A stretch of DNA of 64,000 bases from an uncultured Faecalibacterium sp. (lineage in GTDB: Bacteria; Bacillota; Clostridia; Oscillospirales; Ruminococcaceae). The stretch is from positions 3,250 to 67,249 of the forward strand of contig CAAHET010000093.1 of NCBI GenBank assembly GCA_900772565.1. Reading direction: 5' to 3'. The position numbers were made by a program, and so were the translations under genes. The notes under the pieces were generated by a model. That model saw only the letters and a program-made list of their open reading frames with translations. It was not told the origin of the DNA and searched no databases. Below are positions 10,155 to 19,871 of this stretch, one piece after another. Positions within the stretch are counted from its first letter, which is position 1. Every line of letters starts with the position of its first letter.

Positions 10155-10695
10155 GCAGGATCGGATCAATCAGTATAAAATCATCATGTACAACGTGAAA
10201 GGTGATTTGGAATGCTACACCCGCCCCAATATTGTGCGGCGGCTTGATAAAATGGGGTTCTTCGATGCGCCCGCTTCGATCAATCATCACGGCGCATACA
10301 GCGGCGCACTGTTCGATCATTCTCTTGCCGTTACGGGTGCTTTGCTGGACTATACGGACAAGATGGGCTTGACGTGGAGCGATGCGAGAAGCCCTTACAT
10401 TGTGGGTATGTTCCACGATCTGTGCAAGTGCGATAATTATAAAGTGGTGGATGGAAAATGGAAGTATAACCCGAATATGATTCTTCCCGGCCACGGCGAA
10501 AAGTCGATCATCATGCTTCAGAATATCGCCCCCGATGCTTTGACAAATGAAGAAATCGCTTGCATCCGCTGGCACATGGGCGCGTTTGATGATCGGAATA
10601 ATTGGGAGTATTACACCCGCGCCGTTGCAAAGTTTCCGAATGTCATGTACACACACGCGGCAAATATGGCGGCGGCATATATTGTGGGGGTGTGA
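10132..10695 (+). CDS. HD-domain phosphohydrolase
   Basis: H..H motif INHHGAYSG and the HD motif FHDLCK. ATG at 10132 is preceded by the RBS GAGGTGGAAAAG. Confidence 0.65.
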   Translation: MDRFKLTKQDRINQYKIIMYNVKGDLECYTRPNIVRRLDKMGFFDAPASINHHGAYSGALFDHSLAVTGALLDYTDKMGLTWSDARSPYIVGMFHDLCKCDNYKVVDGKWKYNPNMILPGHGEKSIIMLQNIAPDALTNEEIACIRWHMGAFDDRNNWEYYTRAVAKFPNVMYTHAANMAAAYIVGV

Positions 10696-10697
10696 GC

Positions 10698-10901
10698 ATG
10701 AAGTGGATTTTGCTGGAACTGCTGTTCATCGCTGTGCAGTTGATCGGATTCATCCCGTTTTACTTTATCTGGCGGAAAGACTGCAAAGAGATTGGGAAAG
10801 AAAACCTTGCCGTTTCCTTGAAAGAACGCTTTTGGGCGTGGTGCTTATCTTTCCCGTTCTGGCTGTTTCCGATCATATATCTGGCGAGGTACAACAAATG
10901 A
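10698..10901 (+). CDS. small membrane protein
   Basis: 67 aa with two hydrophobic helices (ILLELLFIAVQLIGFIPFYFIW, WAWCLSFPFWLFPIIYL). ATG at 10698. Confidence 0.4.
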   Translation: MKWILLELLFIAVQLIGFIPFYFIWRKDCKEIGKENLAVSLKERFWAWCLSFPFWLFPIIYLARYNK

Positions 10902-11065
10902 AAAGACTTTGTAAAGACTGCTTGCATTGCAAGAGCAAACAGACGGGCGTTGTGACGTTCCGTTATTGGTGCGAGATCACGAAAGTGGGCGTTCGCCCGT
11001 GGATGGAAAAGCCGCACCCCCAATGCCCGCTCAAGAGTGGCAGGGCGGGACGCTTTGAAAGTTAA
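10898..11065 (+). CDS. small Cys-rich protein (55 aa), possibly a zinc finger
   Basis: CKDCLHC...C...C pattern. The start overlaps the previous stop (ATGA). Confidence 0.3.
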   Translation: MKRLCKDCLHCKSKQTGVVTFRYWCEITKVGVRPWMEKPHPQCPLKSGRAGRFES

Positions 11066-11343
11066 GATTCAAAGTGTTACACTGATTTTCACAAGTGTTT
11101 CATAAATGTTTCTATCTTTGAACGATTAAACGTATTTGTTACGTTTGTTTCGGTTTGTACACTTATTTTGAAGTTCTTTATATATTGATACTCTTGTTGC
11201 GTCATCGCGTGACGGTGCAACATATAAAAAATAATATATAATAGTAAATAGAGGGTGCGTAACCGAAACGTGAAACACAGAATTTTAGAAAAATAACGAT
11301 AATTCGTAAAGTGAGCGTTACGCAAAGAAAAGAGGTTTGAGAA
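11066..11343. promoter_or_regulatory. AT-rich intergenic control region between the early/replication genes and the late operon, with several inverted repeats
   Basis: About 30% GC. Contains tataat-like elements, the inverted repeat ttgtttcggtt/aaccgaaacgtgaaac, and a cgtca-N5-tgacg hairpin. It lies immediately upstream of the ArpU-like gene. Confidence 0.4.
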
Positions 11344-11766
11344 GTGACAGCGAAAGAGTATTTACAACAGCTTGAACGCGCGGATGTTATCATAGAACAG
11401 AAGATGAAAGAACAGGCTGATCTTGAAGAACTGTCTAAGTGCGTTCGGGCGATTGATTACGGCAAGGATCGTGTTTCATCCAGCGGTACGGGCGATGCCC
11501 CGTTTGTAAACCCGGTGCTGAAAATTGTAATGCTTGAGCAAGAGATCAACGCCGAGATTGACAAGTATGTTGACCTGAAGCGTAAGATCACGGGCGAAAT
11601 TCAGAGTTTGCAAGACCCGCAGTTTATCAAGGTGCTGTTCAAGCGGTATGTTGAGTACAAGGGCTTTGATAAGATCGCGGTAGAGTTAGGTTGTTCGGAA
11701 CGGAATGTTTATACGATCCACGGACAGGCACTAAAGGATTTCACAGAAAAAGTTTTGAAAATGTAA
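11344..11766 (+). CDS. phage late transcriptional activator, ArpU/RinA/DUF1492 type (sigma-70 region-4-like HTH)
   Basis: C-terminal HTH GCSERNVYTIHGQALKDF. Sits between the replication and packaging modules. GTG start with RBS AAGAGG. Confidence 0.6.
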   Translation: MTAKEYLQQLERADVIIEQKMKEQADLEELSKCVRAIDYGKDRVSSSGTGDAPFVNPVLKIVMLEQEINAEIDKYVDLKRKITGEIQSLQDPQFIKVLFKRYVEYKGFDKIAVELGCSERNVYTIHGQALKDFTEKVLKM

Positions 11767-11825
11767 AAAGTTGCAGTCTTTTTCATTGAACTTCATGTGT
11801 CAAGTGTGATAAAATATATAATGCA

Positions 11826-11866
11826 AGAAGCCGTAAAAGAAAACCTTTTACGGCTTTTTCTTTTGC
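11826..11866 (+). terminator. intrinsic terminator
   Basis: GC-rich 10-bp stem gccgtaaaag...cttttacggc followed by a T-run. Confidence 0.6.
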
Positions 11867-11948
11867 CCGGTGAATCATCGTAGCTGATCGTAGGCAGTCA
11901 GTGATCTTCCGTTCACCGGGCTTATTTTGTTTTAAGGGGGTGAATATC

Positions 11949-12392
11949 TTGAACGAAAGACAACAGCGGTTTTGTGACGAATATTTGATTGACTGCAACG
12001 CTGTACAGGCGGCAATCCGGGCGGGGTATTCGCCTAAGACTGCCCGTTTTGCGGCAGAATGGATAAATGAGCGAAACCCACAAAAACCTACTTCAAAGTT
12101 CAACGCCGAAATGAAATCTTATATTGACGCGAAACTTGAAGCAATGCACAACGCAAAAACAGCGGATGCACAGGAAGTTTTGGAGTATCTAACCTCTGTT
12201 ATGCGAGGGGAATACAAAGAACAGGTGCTAAAGCTGATCGGTGATGGTGTACAAACGATCTCCGATATTGACGTTGGGGCTAAAGACCGTATCAAGGCCG
12301 CTGAGCTGATCGGCAAGCGGTACGGAATGTTCAAAGATGGGCTTGCCGTTGAGGTTGAGCCTGTCACACTGGTAAACGACTTAACGGAATGA
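11949..12392 (+). CDS. terminase small subunit (Terminase_2 family)
   Basis: LNERQQRFCDEYLIDCNAVQAAIRAGYSPKTARFAA signature. TTG start with RBS AAGGGGG. The listed ORF begins at GTG 11901. Confidence 0.7.
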   Translation: MNERQQRFCDEYLIDCNAVQAAIRAGYSPKTARFAAEWINERNPQKPTSKFNAEMKSYIDAKLEAMHNAKTADAQEVLEYLTSVMRGEYKEQVLKLIGDGVQTISDIDVGAKDRIKAAELIGKRYGMFKDGLAVEVEPVTLVNDLTE

Positions 12393-13618
12393 AGATTTCA
12401 TTACAGAAAGCCGTAGGGCGCGGCTATGTGGACTTCTGGAACACGAAAGCCCGATACCGTGTGTGTAAGGGTAGCCGTGGATCGAAAAAGAGCAAAACAA
12501 CTGCCCTTAATATGATTTATCGCCTGTTTCAATATCCAGAGAGCAACGGCCTTTGTGTTCGGCGGTTTTCAAACACCTTGCGCGATTCCGTGTTTTCGGA
12601 TTTGAAATGGGCTATTCATAAGCTGGGAGTAGATGCGTATTTTGATTGCACCGTGTCACCTATGCAGATCACCCGGCGTTCAACCGGGCAGAAGATTCTT
12701 TTTCGTGGTCTGGACGATGGCTTGAAGATAACCTCTATTTCCGTTGATAAGGGCGTTCTGTGCTGGGTATGGATAGAAGAAGCCTATGAGATCAGCAATG
12801 AGGACGATTTCAACAAGCTAGATATGTCAATCCGTGGTGAAGTTCCGCCGGGGTACTTCAAACAGCTTACACTTACGTTCAACCCGTGGAGTGCAACAAG
12901 CTGGTTAAAGCCCCGGTTTTTCGATACACCGGATGATACGGTGTTCACCAAAACTACAACATGGGAGTGTAACGAATGGCTTGATGATGCAGACCGCAAT
13001 ATTTTCTTGAAAATGAAAGAAAACAATCCCCGCCGCTATCGCATTGAGGGCGCGGGGGATTGGGGCATTGCGGACGGCCTGATTTACACCAACGTCATTG
13101 TTGAAAACTTCGATGTTGATAAAATCCGGGCTATTCCCGGTATCAAATCCGCATTCGGCCTTGACTTTGGTTTTACTGATCCTAACGCTTTTACCGCTTG
13201 CATGGTGGATAACACCGCTATGAAAATCTATGTTTTCGATGAGTGGTATAAAACGGGGGTTACGAACAAGATCATAGCCGAACAAATCAAACGCATGGGG
13301 TACGGCGGTCAACGCCTGATCTGTGATTCTGCTGAACCGAAATCTATTGCAGAGTTGCAGGATGAGGGATTGAGGGCTGAATCTTCCCGGAAAGGTAAGG
13401 ACAGCGTAAACCACGGCATACAGTTGATTCAAAACTATCAGATCGTGGTGCATCCCCGTTGCGTAGAGTTCAAAAAAGAGATAGATAACTATTGTTGGGC
13501 GAAAGGCACAGACGGAAAACCCACGGACAAGCCGGATCACGAATTTTCGCACGGTATGGATTCGATGCGGTACGCCGTTACCAAAGTGCTTATGCCTGAT
13601 ACATTCAGCTTTGATTAA
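12389..13618 (+). CDS. terminase large subunit (PBSX/Terminase_3-like)
   Basis: 409 aa. ATPase P-loop-like KGSRGSKKSKTTA at the N-terminus and a C-terminal nuclease region. Overlaps TerS by 4 nt. Confidence 0.85.
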   Translation: MKISLQKAVGRGYVDFWNTKARYRVCKGSRGSKKSKTTALNMIYRLFQYPESNGLCVRRFSNTLRDSVFSDLKWAIHKLGVDAYFDCTVSPMQITRRSTGQKILFRGLDDGLKITSISVDKGVLCWVWIEEAYEISNEDDFNKLDMSIRGEVPPGYFKQLTLTFNPWSATSWLKPRFFDTPDDTVFTKTTTWECNEWLDDADRNIFLKMKENNPRRYRIEGAGDWGIADGLIYTNVIVENFDVDKIRAIPGIKSAFGLDFGFTDPNAFTACMVDNTAMKIYVFDEWYKTGVTNKIIAEQIKRMGYGGQRLICDSAEPKSIAELQDEGLRAESSRKGKDSVNHGIQLIQNYQIVVHPRCVEFKKEIDNYCWAKGTDGKPTDKPDHEFSHGMDSMRYAVTKVLMPDTFSFD

Positions 13619-13629
13619 CTGGAAAGGGG

Positions 13630-15144
13630 GTGAACAACGTGAGTTTTGTAGATTCAATGATGTTCAAAGTTTCAAACTTGATTTTGCAGGGTGCGCAGAT
13701 TTCCGACAAGCAGTTTTTGGAACGTGAGATCGAAAAGTGGAAAGGTAGCCCACAGCGCGTTATGCAGATCAAGGGTCACTTGTACTACGACAACGATCAC
13801 GATATTTTACACCGCAAGCGTCAGATGATCGGTGAAGATGGGAAACTGGTTGACGTGGACAACGTGCCAAACAACCGCCTGATAGATAATCAATTTGCAA
13901 AGCTGGTTAATCAGAAAGCTAACTATCTGCTGGGCAAACCCTTTGTTGTTGATGGAGAAAATGAACGGTATGTTGAACTGTTAAAAGACGTGTTCAACAA
14001 AAAGTTTATGAAAACCCTGAAGAACGCCGGGAAACTTGCTCTTGAGTGCGGTATTAGCTGGTTATACCCCTACTACACCGAAACGGGCGAACTTGCCTTT
14101 AGGACGTTCCCCGGCTATGAAATTCTTCCGTTCTGGAAAGACACGGAACACACACAGCTTGAAGCCGCTGTGCGCCTGTATCTGGTTATTGGCTATCAAG
14201 GCACTACACCGACTGTCATTGAAAAAGTCGAAATCTACGACTTAGAGGGCGTTCACCGCTTCGTTCTGGATGGTGGCGCACTGATCCCCGACTTAGAGGG
14301 AGCGGACAGCAACACCGCCCCGTATGCAAGTATGGTGGATGAAAACGGCAACACCATTCCCCTGAACTGGGAACGTGTACCACTTATCCCCATCAAGTAC
14401 AATGATTGTGAAATCCCCCTGCTAAAGAAAGTAAAGACCTTGCAGGACGCGCTAAACGTCATGCTGTCGGACTTTGAAAACAATATGCAAGAAGATCCCC
14501 GAAACACTGTGCTTGTGCTGAAAAATTACGATGGCACGAACTTGGGCGAGTTCCGCAAAAACTTGTCTACATTCGGCGTTGTCAAGGTGCGCACGGTTGA
14601 CGGTGCGGACGGTGGGGTTGAAACGCTTGAAATTCAAGTCAATTCAGAGAATTACAAAGCTATCCTTGAACTGCTGAAAAAAGCCATTATCGAAAACGGC
14701 ATGGGTTATGATGCGAAAGATGATCGGTTGAATGGCAATCCTAATCAGATGAACATTCGATCCATGTATTCGGACGTTGACCTTGACGCTAACGATATGG
14801 AAAGCGAGTTGCAAGCCGCATTCGAGGAACTACTTTGGTTCATCAACACCCATTTTGCCAACTCTGGCATGGGCGATTTTAGCGGCGAGGATGTAACGAT
14901 CATCTTCAACCGGGATGTCCTCATCAATGAGGGTGAGGTGATCCAGAACTGCAAAGATAGCGTTGGTATTCTGTCGGATGAAACCATTGTGGCAAATCAT
15001 CCTTGGGTTGACGATCCAGCCGCCGAAATGAAGCGGTTGGAAGATCAGAAACAGAAAGAACAAGATCGCATTGCACAACAGCAATATGATCCGTTCGCAC
15101 CCCCCCCACAGCAACAGCAGGGCGGTGATCTGAACAATGACTAA
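13630..15144 (+). CDS. portal protein (SPP1 gp6-like)
   Basis: 504 aa with a Q-rich acidic C-terminus. Positioned between TerL and the MuF-like gene. The start may instead be the ATG at 13657. Confidence 0.8.
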   Translation: MNNVSFVDSMMFKVSNLILQGAQISDKQFLEREIEKWKGSPQRVMQIKGHLYYDNDHDILHRKRQMIGEDGKLVDVDNVPNNRLIDNQFAKLVNQKANYLLGKPFVVDGENERYVELLKDVFNKKFMKTLKNAGKLALECGISWLYPYYTETGELAFRTFPGYEILPFWKDTEHTQLEAAVRLYLVIGYQGTTPTVIEKVEIYDLEGVHRFVLDGGALIPDLEGADSNTAPYASMVDENGNTIPLNWERVPLIPIKYNDCEIPLLKKVKTLQDALNVMLSDFENNMQEDPRNTVLVLKNYDGTNLGEFRKNLSTFGVVKVRTVDGADGGVETLEIQVNSENYKAILELLKKAIIENGMGYDAKDDRLNGNPNQMNIRSMYSDVDLDANDMESELQAAFEELLWFINTHFANSGMGDFSGEDVTIIFNRDVLINEGEVIQNCKDSVGILSDETIVANHPWVDDPAAEMKRLEDQKQKEQDRIAQQQYDPFAPPPQQQQGGDLNND

Positions 15145-16912
15145 TGCGGAATACTGGAAACAGCGTTTCACACAGCTAGAAGCCGCTCAAAACCGAAAGG
15201 GCGCAACTGCTTATCTGGAAATGGAGAAGCAGTATAAAGCCGCGCAGAATGAGTTAGAAGCCCAAATAGCGCGGTGGTATCAGCGTTTTGCTGATAGCAA
15301 CGGTATTTCTCTTGCACAGGCTAAACAATGGCTTAAAGGGCGGGATTTGGCGGAATTTAAGTGGGATGTGAAAGAGTACATCAAGTACGGCAAAGAAAAC
15401 GCCATAAACGGCGCATGGATGCAGGAACTTGAAAACGCTTCTTCTAAGTTCCACATTTCCCGCCTTGAAGCCCTGCAAATCCAGACACAGAACAGCCTTG
15501 AAACTATGTTTGCACAGCAGATGGGAACGATGAAAAAAGCGTTGTCCGATGTTTACGCAAGCGGGTACTATCACACGGCCTACGCCGTGCAACAGGGTTT
15601 TGGGCTGGGCTGGGATATTGCCGGATTGGATCAAGCGCAAATCGAAAAAGTGCTATCTAAGCCGTGGGCTGTGGATGGGTACAACTTTTCAACCCGCATT
15701 TGGAACAGCAAAACAAAGCTGATCGGTGAGGTTCACAACGAACTTTCAAAGAATCTGCTAACGGGTGCTGATCCGCAAAAGGCTATTGATTCTCTTGCAA
15801 AGAAGATGGGAACATCTAAGAGCAACGCCGGGCGGCTGGTAATGACCGAGCAAGCCTATTTCAGTAGCGCGGCACAAAAGGATTGTTTCAATGATCTGGA
15901 CGTTGAAGAATATGAGATTGTGGCAACGCTGGATTCTCATACTTCCGATATTTGCCGTTCTCTGGATGGCAAAGTGTTCAAGATGAGCGATTACAAGCCG
16001 GGTGTTACCGCCCCGCCGTTCCACGTCTATTGCCGTTCCACTACCGCCCCCCATTTCAAAGATAACTTCGATGCAGGGGAACGGGCGGCGCGTGGAGCGG
16101 ATGGGAAAACCTACTATGTGCCGGACAATGTGACCTATTCCGAATGGAAAAAGGCTTTTGTGGATGGTGACAAGAGCGGGTTTGCTGAAGTTCATAAAAA
16201 CCACTTCTCAAGGACGGAAAAACGTGGTACAATTAAACCGAAAGAACAGAGTGAAGCCGCAAAGTTCATTGAACAGGCTTGCACCACAGAGAACGTAGAG
16301 CATAGAGCCGTTCAAGCACTTCCCAAACAGCTAACGTCCGATGAAATCATTGAACGTCTGGCAGGCGGTGATATGACACAGGGTTCTTGTTCTTCTCTAG
16401 CGTTCGCTTATATTGGCAACAAAAACGGACTTGATGTTCTTGATTTCAGAGATGGCGGCAGTCGCCGGGTATTCTCCATGAACAAGAACATTATGAAGAT
16501 GCTGGAACTTCCCGGTGTTGAGGGTTCGATCACCAAAGTTAAAAAAGAAGTTCAAGGCACGATTGACGTATTGAAAAATCTTGAACTGAACAAAGAATAT
16601 TATCTTGCAACAGGCAAACACGCCGCCATTGTCCGAAAGCTGGACACTGGTTATCAATATCTGGAACTGCAATCTAAGTATCAAAACGGTTGGATGCCCT
16701 TTGAACGCTATGGTTCGATGGCAACAACCCTTAACAAGCGGTTTGGATGCCGAAAGACGGTTGATAAGTCGTTTGGTTATGTTTGGGAACGGACTGTGAT
16801 TCTAATGGATGTTGATTCGTTCAAAGATAATGAAGAATTTGAACAGTTGCTAGGTTATATCAATACGGCAGTTGATAAACAGAGAAAGGGGGCGTTGGGC
16901 GATGTTCGATAA
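15137..16912 (+). CDS. head morphogenesis protein (SPP1 gp7 / MuF-like) with a ~230-aa C-terminal extension that carries a papain-like Cys-His-Asn motif set
   Basis: The N-terminal 350 aa are MuF-like. The C-terminus has QGSCSSLAFAY (compare papain QGSCGSCWAF), GKHAAIV (His motif) and QNGW (Asn-x-Trp). Confidence 0.7.
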   Translation: MTNAEYWKQRFTQLEAAQNRKGATAYLEMEKQYKAAQNELEAQIARWYQRFADSNGISLAQAKQWLKGRDLAEFKWDVKEYIKYGKENAINGAWMQELENASSKFHISRLEALQIQTQNSLETMFAQQMGTMKKALSDVYASGYYHTAYAVQQGFGLGWDIAGLDQAQIEKVLSKPWAVDGYNFSTRIWNSKTKLIGEVHNELSKNLLTGADPQKAIDSLAKKMGTSKSNAGRLVMTEQAYFSSAAQKDCFNDLDVEEYEIVATLDSHTSDICRSLDGKVFKMSDYKPGVTAPPFHVYCRSTTAPHFKDNFDAGERAARGADGKTYYVPDNVTYSEWKKAFVDGDKSGFAEVHKNHFSRTEKRGTIKPKEQSEAAKFIEQACTTENVEHRAVQALPKQLTSDEIIERLAGGDMTQGSCSSLAFAYIGNKNGLDVLDFRDGGSRRVFSMNKNIMKMLELPGVEGSITKVKKEVQGTIDVLKNLELNKEYYLATGKHAAIVRKLDTGYQYLELQSKYQNGWMPFERYGSMATTLNKRFGCRKTVDKSFGYVWERTVILMDVDSFKDNEEFEQLLGYINTAVDKQRKGALGDVR

Positions 16913-17108
16913 CTGGTATAAGAACAATCCTACGGACGTTATTTGGTGGAAAGACACGCCGGACGGTGTGGGCGAATGGCTTTTTAGTTTCGATAAAAAG
17001 ACCGTGTTCAATATGTTCGCTGACTACCCCAAAGCCCTAACCCCGGAACAGAAACAGATCTTTGATAAAGAAAACCCCGAATGGGCGGACTTCTTTAAAA
17101 ATCGCTAA
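16902..17108 (+). CDS. hypothetical small protein
   Basis: ATG at 16902 (MFDNWYK) within the listed ORF 16872..17108. Confidence 0.3.
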   Translation: MFDNWYKNNPTDVIWWKDTPDGVGEWLFSFDKKTVFNMFADYPKALTPEQKQIFDKENPEWADFFKNR

Positions 17109-17127
17109 AACCGCATATCGCTAACTA

Positions 17128-17168
17128 AGCACTTTTGAAAGTTATCTTTCAAGGGTGCTTTTTTCATG
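17128..17168 (+). terminator. intrinsic terminator
   Basis: Hairpin gcacttttgaaag / ctttcaagggtgc followed by TTTTTT. Confidence 0.5.
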
Positions 17169-17356
17169 CCATTTTAAGGGGGGGGTGAGATCATGGCGTG
17201 TCCGTTTGTCGGCAAGTAGAAAGGCGGTGATCCAAACCTATCTCCCAACTGTGGGTTAAACAGTGAATCGTCTTTTTCGTATTGCAGACGGTAAAGAACA
17301 AGATCAAATTCGTGGTTCGTTACCCACGGTAAACAACGGAAAGGCTGGTATGAACA

Positions 17357-17950
17357 ATGAAACGTGAGGACTTGATTAGTTGGGGTCTGACCGATGAACA
17401 GGTTAAAAAGGTTATGGCTGGGCTGGACGGTGACTTTGTGACTAAGACCCGTTTTAACGAGGTCAACGAGGAAAACAAGACGCTGAAACAGTCCGTTTCT
17501 GACCGTGACAAGCAGTTGAACGATCTGAAGAAGTCCAGCGGCGACAACGCCGAACTGAAAGCACAGATCGAGGAACTTCAGAAGAAGAACACCGAACAGG
17601 CTAAAGCCCACGCCGCTGAAATGGCACAGTTGAAGCTGGACAATGCGGTTGATACCGCGCTTACGGCGGCGGGTGCTAAGAACAGCAAGGCCGTTAAAGC
17701 CCTGCTTGATATGTCTAAGGTCAAGCTGGGCGAGGATGGCAAGCTGTCGGGCTGGGATGAACAGATTTCTGCTGTTCAGAAGTCGGATTCTTACCTGTTC
17801 AACGCCAAACAGCCCGCAAACAAGGGTATTAAGGGTTTCAATCCCGGCAAGTCGGACGATGTGAAGCCCGGTACTAAGGTGGATATGTCTAAGATGAGCC
17901 TTGAAGAGCTGACCGCTTACATTGAAGCTAACCCGGATGCGGCAACCTAA
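17357..17950 (+). CDS. phage scaffolding protein
   Basis: 197 aa, coiled-coil-rich and K/E/A-rich, immediately upstream of the major capsid gene. Confidence 0.7.
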   Translation: MKREDLISWGLTDEQVKKVMAGLDGDFVTKTRFNEVNEENKTLKQSVSDRDKQLNDLKKSSGDNAELKAQIEELQKKNTEQAKAHAAEMAQLKLDNAVDTALTAAGAKNSKAVKALLDMSKVKLGEDGKLSGWDEQISAVQKSDSYLFNAKQPANKGIKGFNPGKSDDVKPGTKVDMSKMSLEELTAYIEANPDAAT

Positions 17951-17989
17951 CAACAGAGTTCAAAAATTCAAAGAAAGGATTTAACACAA

Positions 17990-19084
17990 ATGAGCAAATT
18001 CGATGCAAAAAGTTTCAACGAGCGGGCTTTTGGTGTTTACATGAACGCCATTCCCAACGTGAAGCTGAACAAACTTCGTGAGAGCCGCGCGATTGTCGCA
18101 GATCAGCGACTTCGTGAAACTTTCGTCAACAACGGACAGACTGGCACTGTGTACGCCGTCTTGCCTTATTTCGGTCTGATCGGCGGTGATGCGCAGAACT
18201 ACGATGGCGTGTCTAACCTCACCCCCGAAAAGACTGATACCTTTGAACAGGGTGTTTTCACCTATGGCCGTATGATGGGCTGGACTGAAGCCGATTTCTC
18301 CTATGATGTGACTGGCGGTGTGGACTTCATGGCGAACGTCCGCAACCAGATCAGCCGCTATTGGAATGATCGGGATCAGGACACTATCCTTGCCATTCTC
18401 AAGGGCATTTTCTCTATGTCCGCCACTGGCACGGGCAACATTAAGACCGCTAACGCCGCCTTTGTGTCCGCCCACACCTACGATATTTCCGCCCCCACCA
18501 CGGATGCAAAGACCACCGATGATATGATGGTGAGTGCAACCACCCTCAACAGTGCTATTCAGCAGGCTTGCGGCGACAACAAGAGCAAGTTTAGCCTTGT
18601 GATCTGCCACTCTACCGTTGCAACTAACCTTGAGAACATGAAGTTGCTGGGCTATCTGAAGTACACCGACAGTGAGGGCGTGGAGCGTGATCTGGGCATG
18701 GGTACTTGGAATGGTCGTCTTGTGCTGATTGACGATTCCATGCCCGCCGAGGTTAAGAATGTGGGCGCAACTGGCGGTGACGTTACCCTGTACACTACCT
18801 ATGTACTGGGTGAGGGCGCAATCGGTTTTGAATCCGTTGGCGCAAAAGTCCCCTATGAGATGGTGCGCGATGCAAAGACCCGTGGCGGCGAGGATACGCT
18901 GATTTCCCGTAAGCGTAACGCCGTTTCTGTCGCTGGTATCTCTTACCTCAAGGCGGTGCAGACTACGAACAGCCCCACCAACGCGGAACTGGAAAACGGC
19001 AAGAACTGGTCTCTGGTGAGCAACGGCACTGATACCATCAATCACAAGGCCGTTCCCATCGCCCGTATCATTTCCCGTGGCTAA
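17990..19084 (+). CDS. major capsid protein (HK97 fold)
   Basis: 364 aa in the capsid position with typical composition. Confidence 0.8.
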   Translation: MSKFDAKSFNERAFGVYMNAIPNVKLNKLRESRAIVADQRLRETFVNNGQTGTVYAVLPYFGLIGGDAQNYDGVSNLTPEKTDTFEQGVFTYGRMMGWTEADFSYDVTGGVDFMANVRNQISRYWNDRDQDTILAILKGIFSMSATGTGNIKTANAAFVSAHTYDISAPTTDAKTTDDMMVSATTLNSAIQQACGDNKSKFSLVICHSTVATNLENMKLLGYLKYTDSEGVERDLGMGTWNGRLVLIDDSMPAEVKNVGATGGDVTLYTTYVLGEGAIGFESVGAKVPYEMVRDAKTRGGEDTLISRKRNAVSVAGISYLKAVQTTNSPTNAELENGKNWSLVSNGTDTINHKAVPIARIISRG

Positions 19085-19092
19085 GTAAGGCG

Positions 19093-19491
19093 GTGTTTCC
19101 AGTGCTGGATATGGTAAAAGCGCGGTTGCAGTCTTTTGGGTATGAAATTAAAGATGGGGATGAAACCATTTTGAACTTTTGTATTCAAAAAGTGGAAAGT
19201 TCTATCAAGAATGATTGCAACGTGTCCTCTATCCCGGACGGGCTGGTTTACATCGCGGTTGATATGGCAGTAGGCGAGTTTTTAACGGCAAAGAAAACTT
19301 TTTCGCCGGATAGCATTGCAGGGCTTGATTTAGATTATGCTGTGAAGCAGATACAGACGGGTGATACCAATACTGTATTTGCCACGGGAGAGGGGTCACA
19401 AACCGCTGAACAGCGGCTAACGGCCTTTATCAGTTATCTTCTGACTTATGGGAAAGGCGAATTTGCTTGTTATAGGCGGATTCGATGGTGA
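19093..19491 (+). CDS. head-tail connector protein (gp6-like)
   Basis: 132 aa. Assigned on position and size only. Confidence 0.45.
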   Translation: MFPVLDMVKARLQSFGYEIKDGDETILNFCIQKVESSIKNDCNVSSIPDGLVYIAVDMAVGEFLTAKKTFSPDSIAGLDLDYAVKQIQTGDTNTVFATGEGSQTAEQRLTAFISYLLTYGKGEFACYRRIRW

Positions 19492-19871
19492 GCGCACTTG
19501 AAGCCGCCCGAAAAGCGGCACGAAAGGCAATCGAAAAAACTTACTATACCGGGCTTTGTTCCGTTGTGGAACGCCGGGATGTAAGGGACGAGCAAACCAA
19601 AATCACCCATAAATCAGAAGTAACCGTAATCGAAAATCAGCCCTGTAAGCTGTCCTTTGAAAAGCTGGATGCCACAGCACAAACCGAAACGGCGGCAAGC
19701 CTTACGCAAGGCACAAAGCTATTTCTCCCCCCGGATGTTGAAATCAAGGCAGGATCAAAGATCATTGTGAAGCAAGACGGAGTAAAAAACGCCTATTCCG
19801 CAAGCGGCGTTCCTGCTGTATATCCCACCCATCAAGAAATCATCCTCACACTGTTTGAGCGGTGGGCTTGA
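19485..19871 (+). CDS. head closure / head-tail adaptor protein
   Basis: 128 aa, overlaps the neighbouring genes. Assigned on position only. Confidence 0.4.
   Translation: MVSALEAARKAARKAIEKTYYTGLCSVVERRDVRDEQTKITHKSEVTVIENQPCKLSFEKLDATAQTETAASLTQGTKLFLPPDVEIKAGSKIIVKQDGVKNAYSASGVPAVYPTHQEIILTLFERWA

Noticed and set aside
17174-19045. Long minus-strand ORFs (259 and 354 aa) opposite the scaffold and major capsid genes
   Set aside because: They are antisense to well-supported structural genes and have no motifs or RBS.
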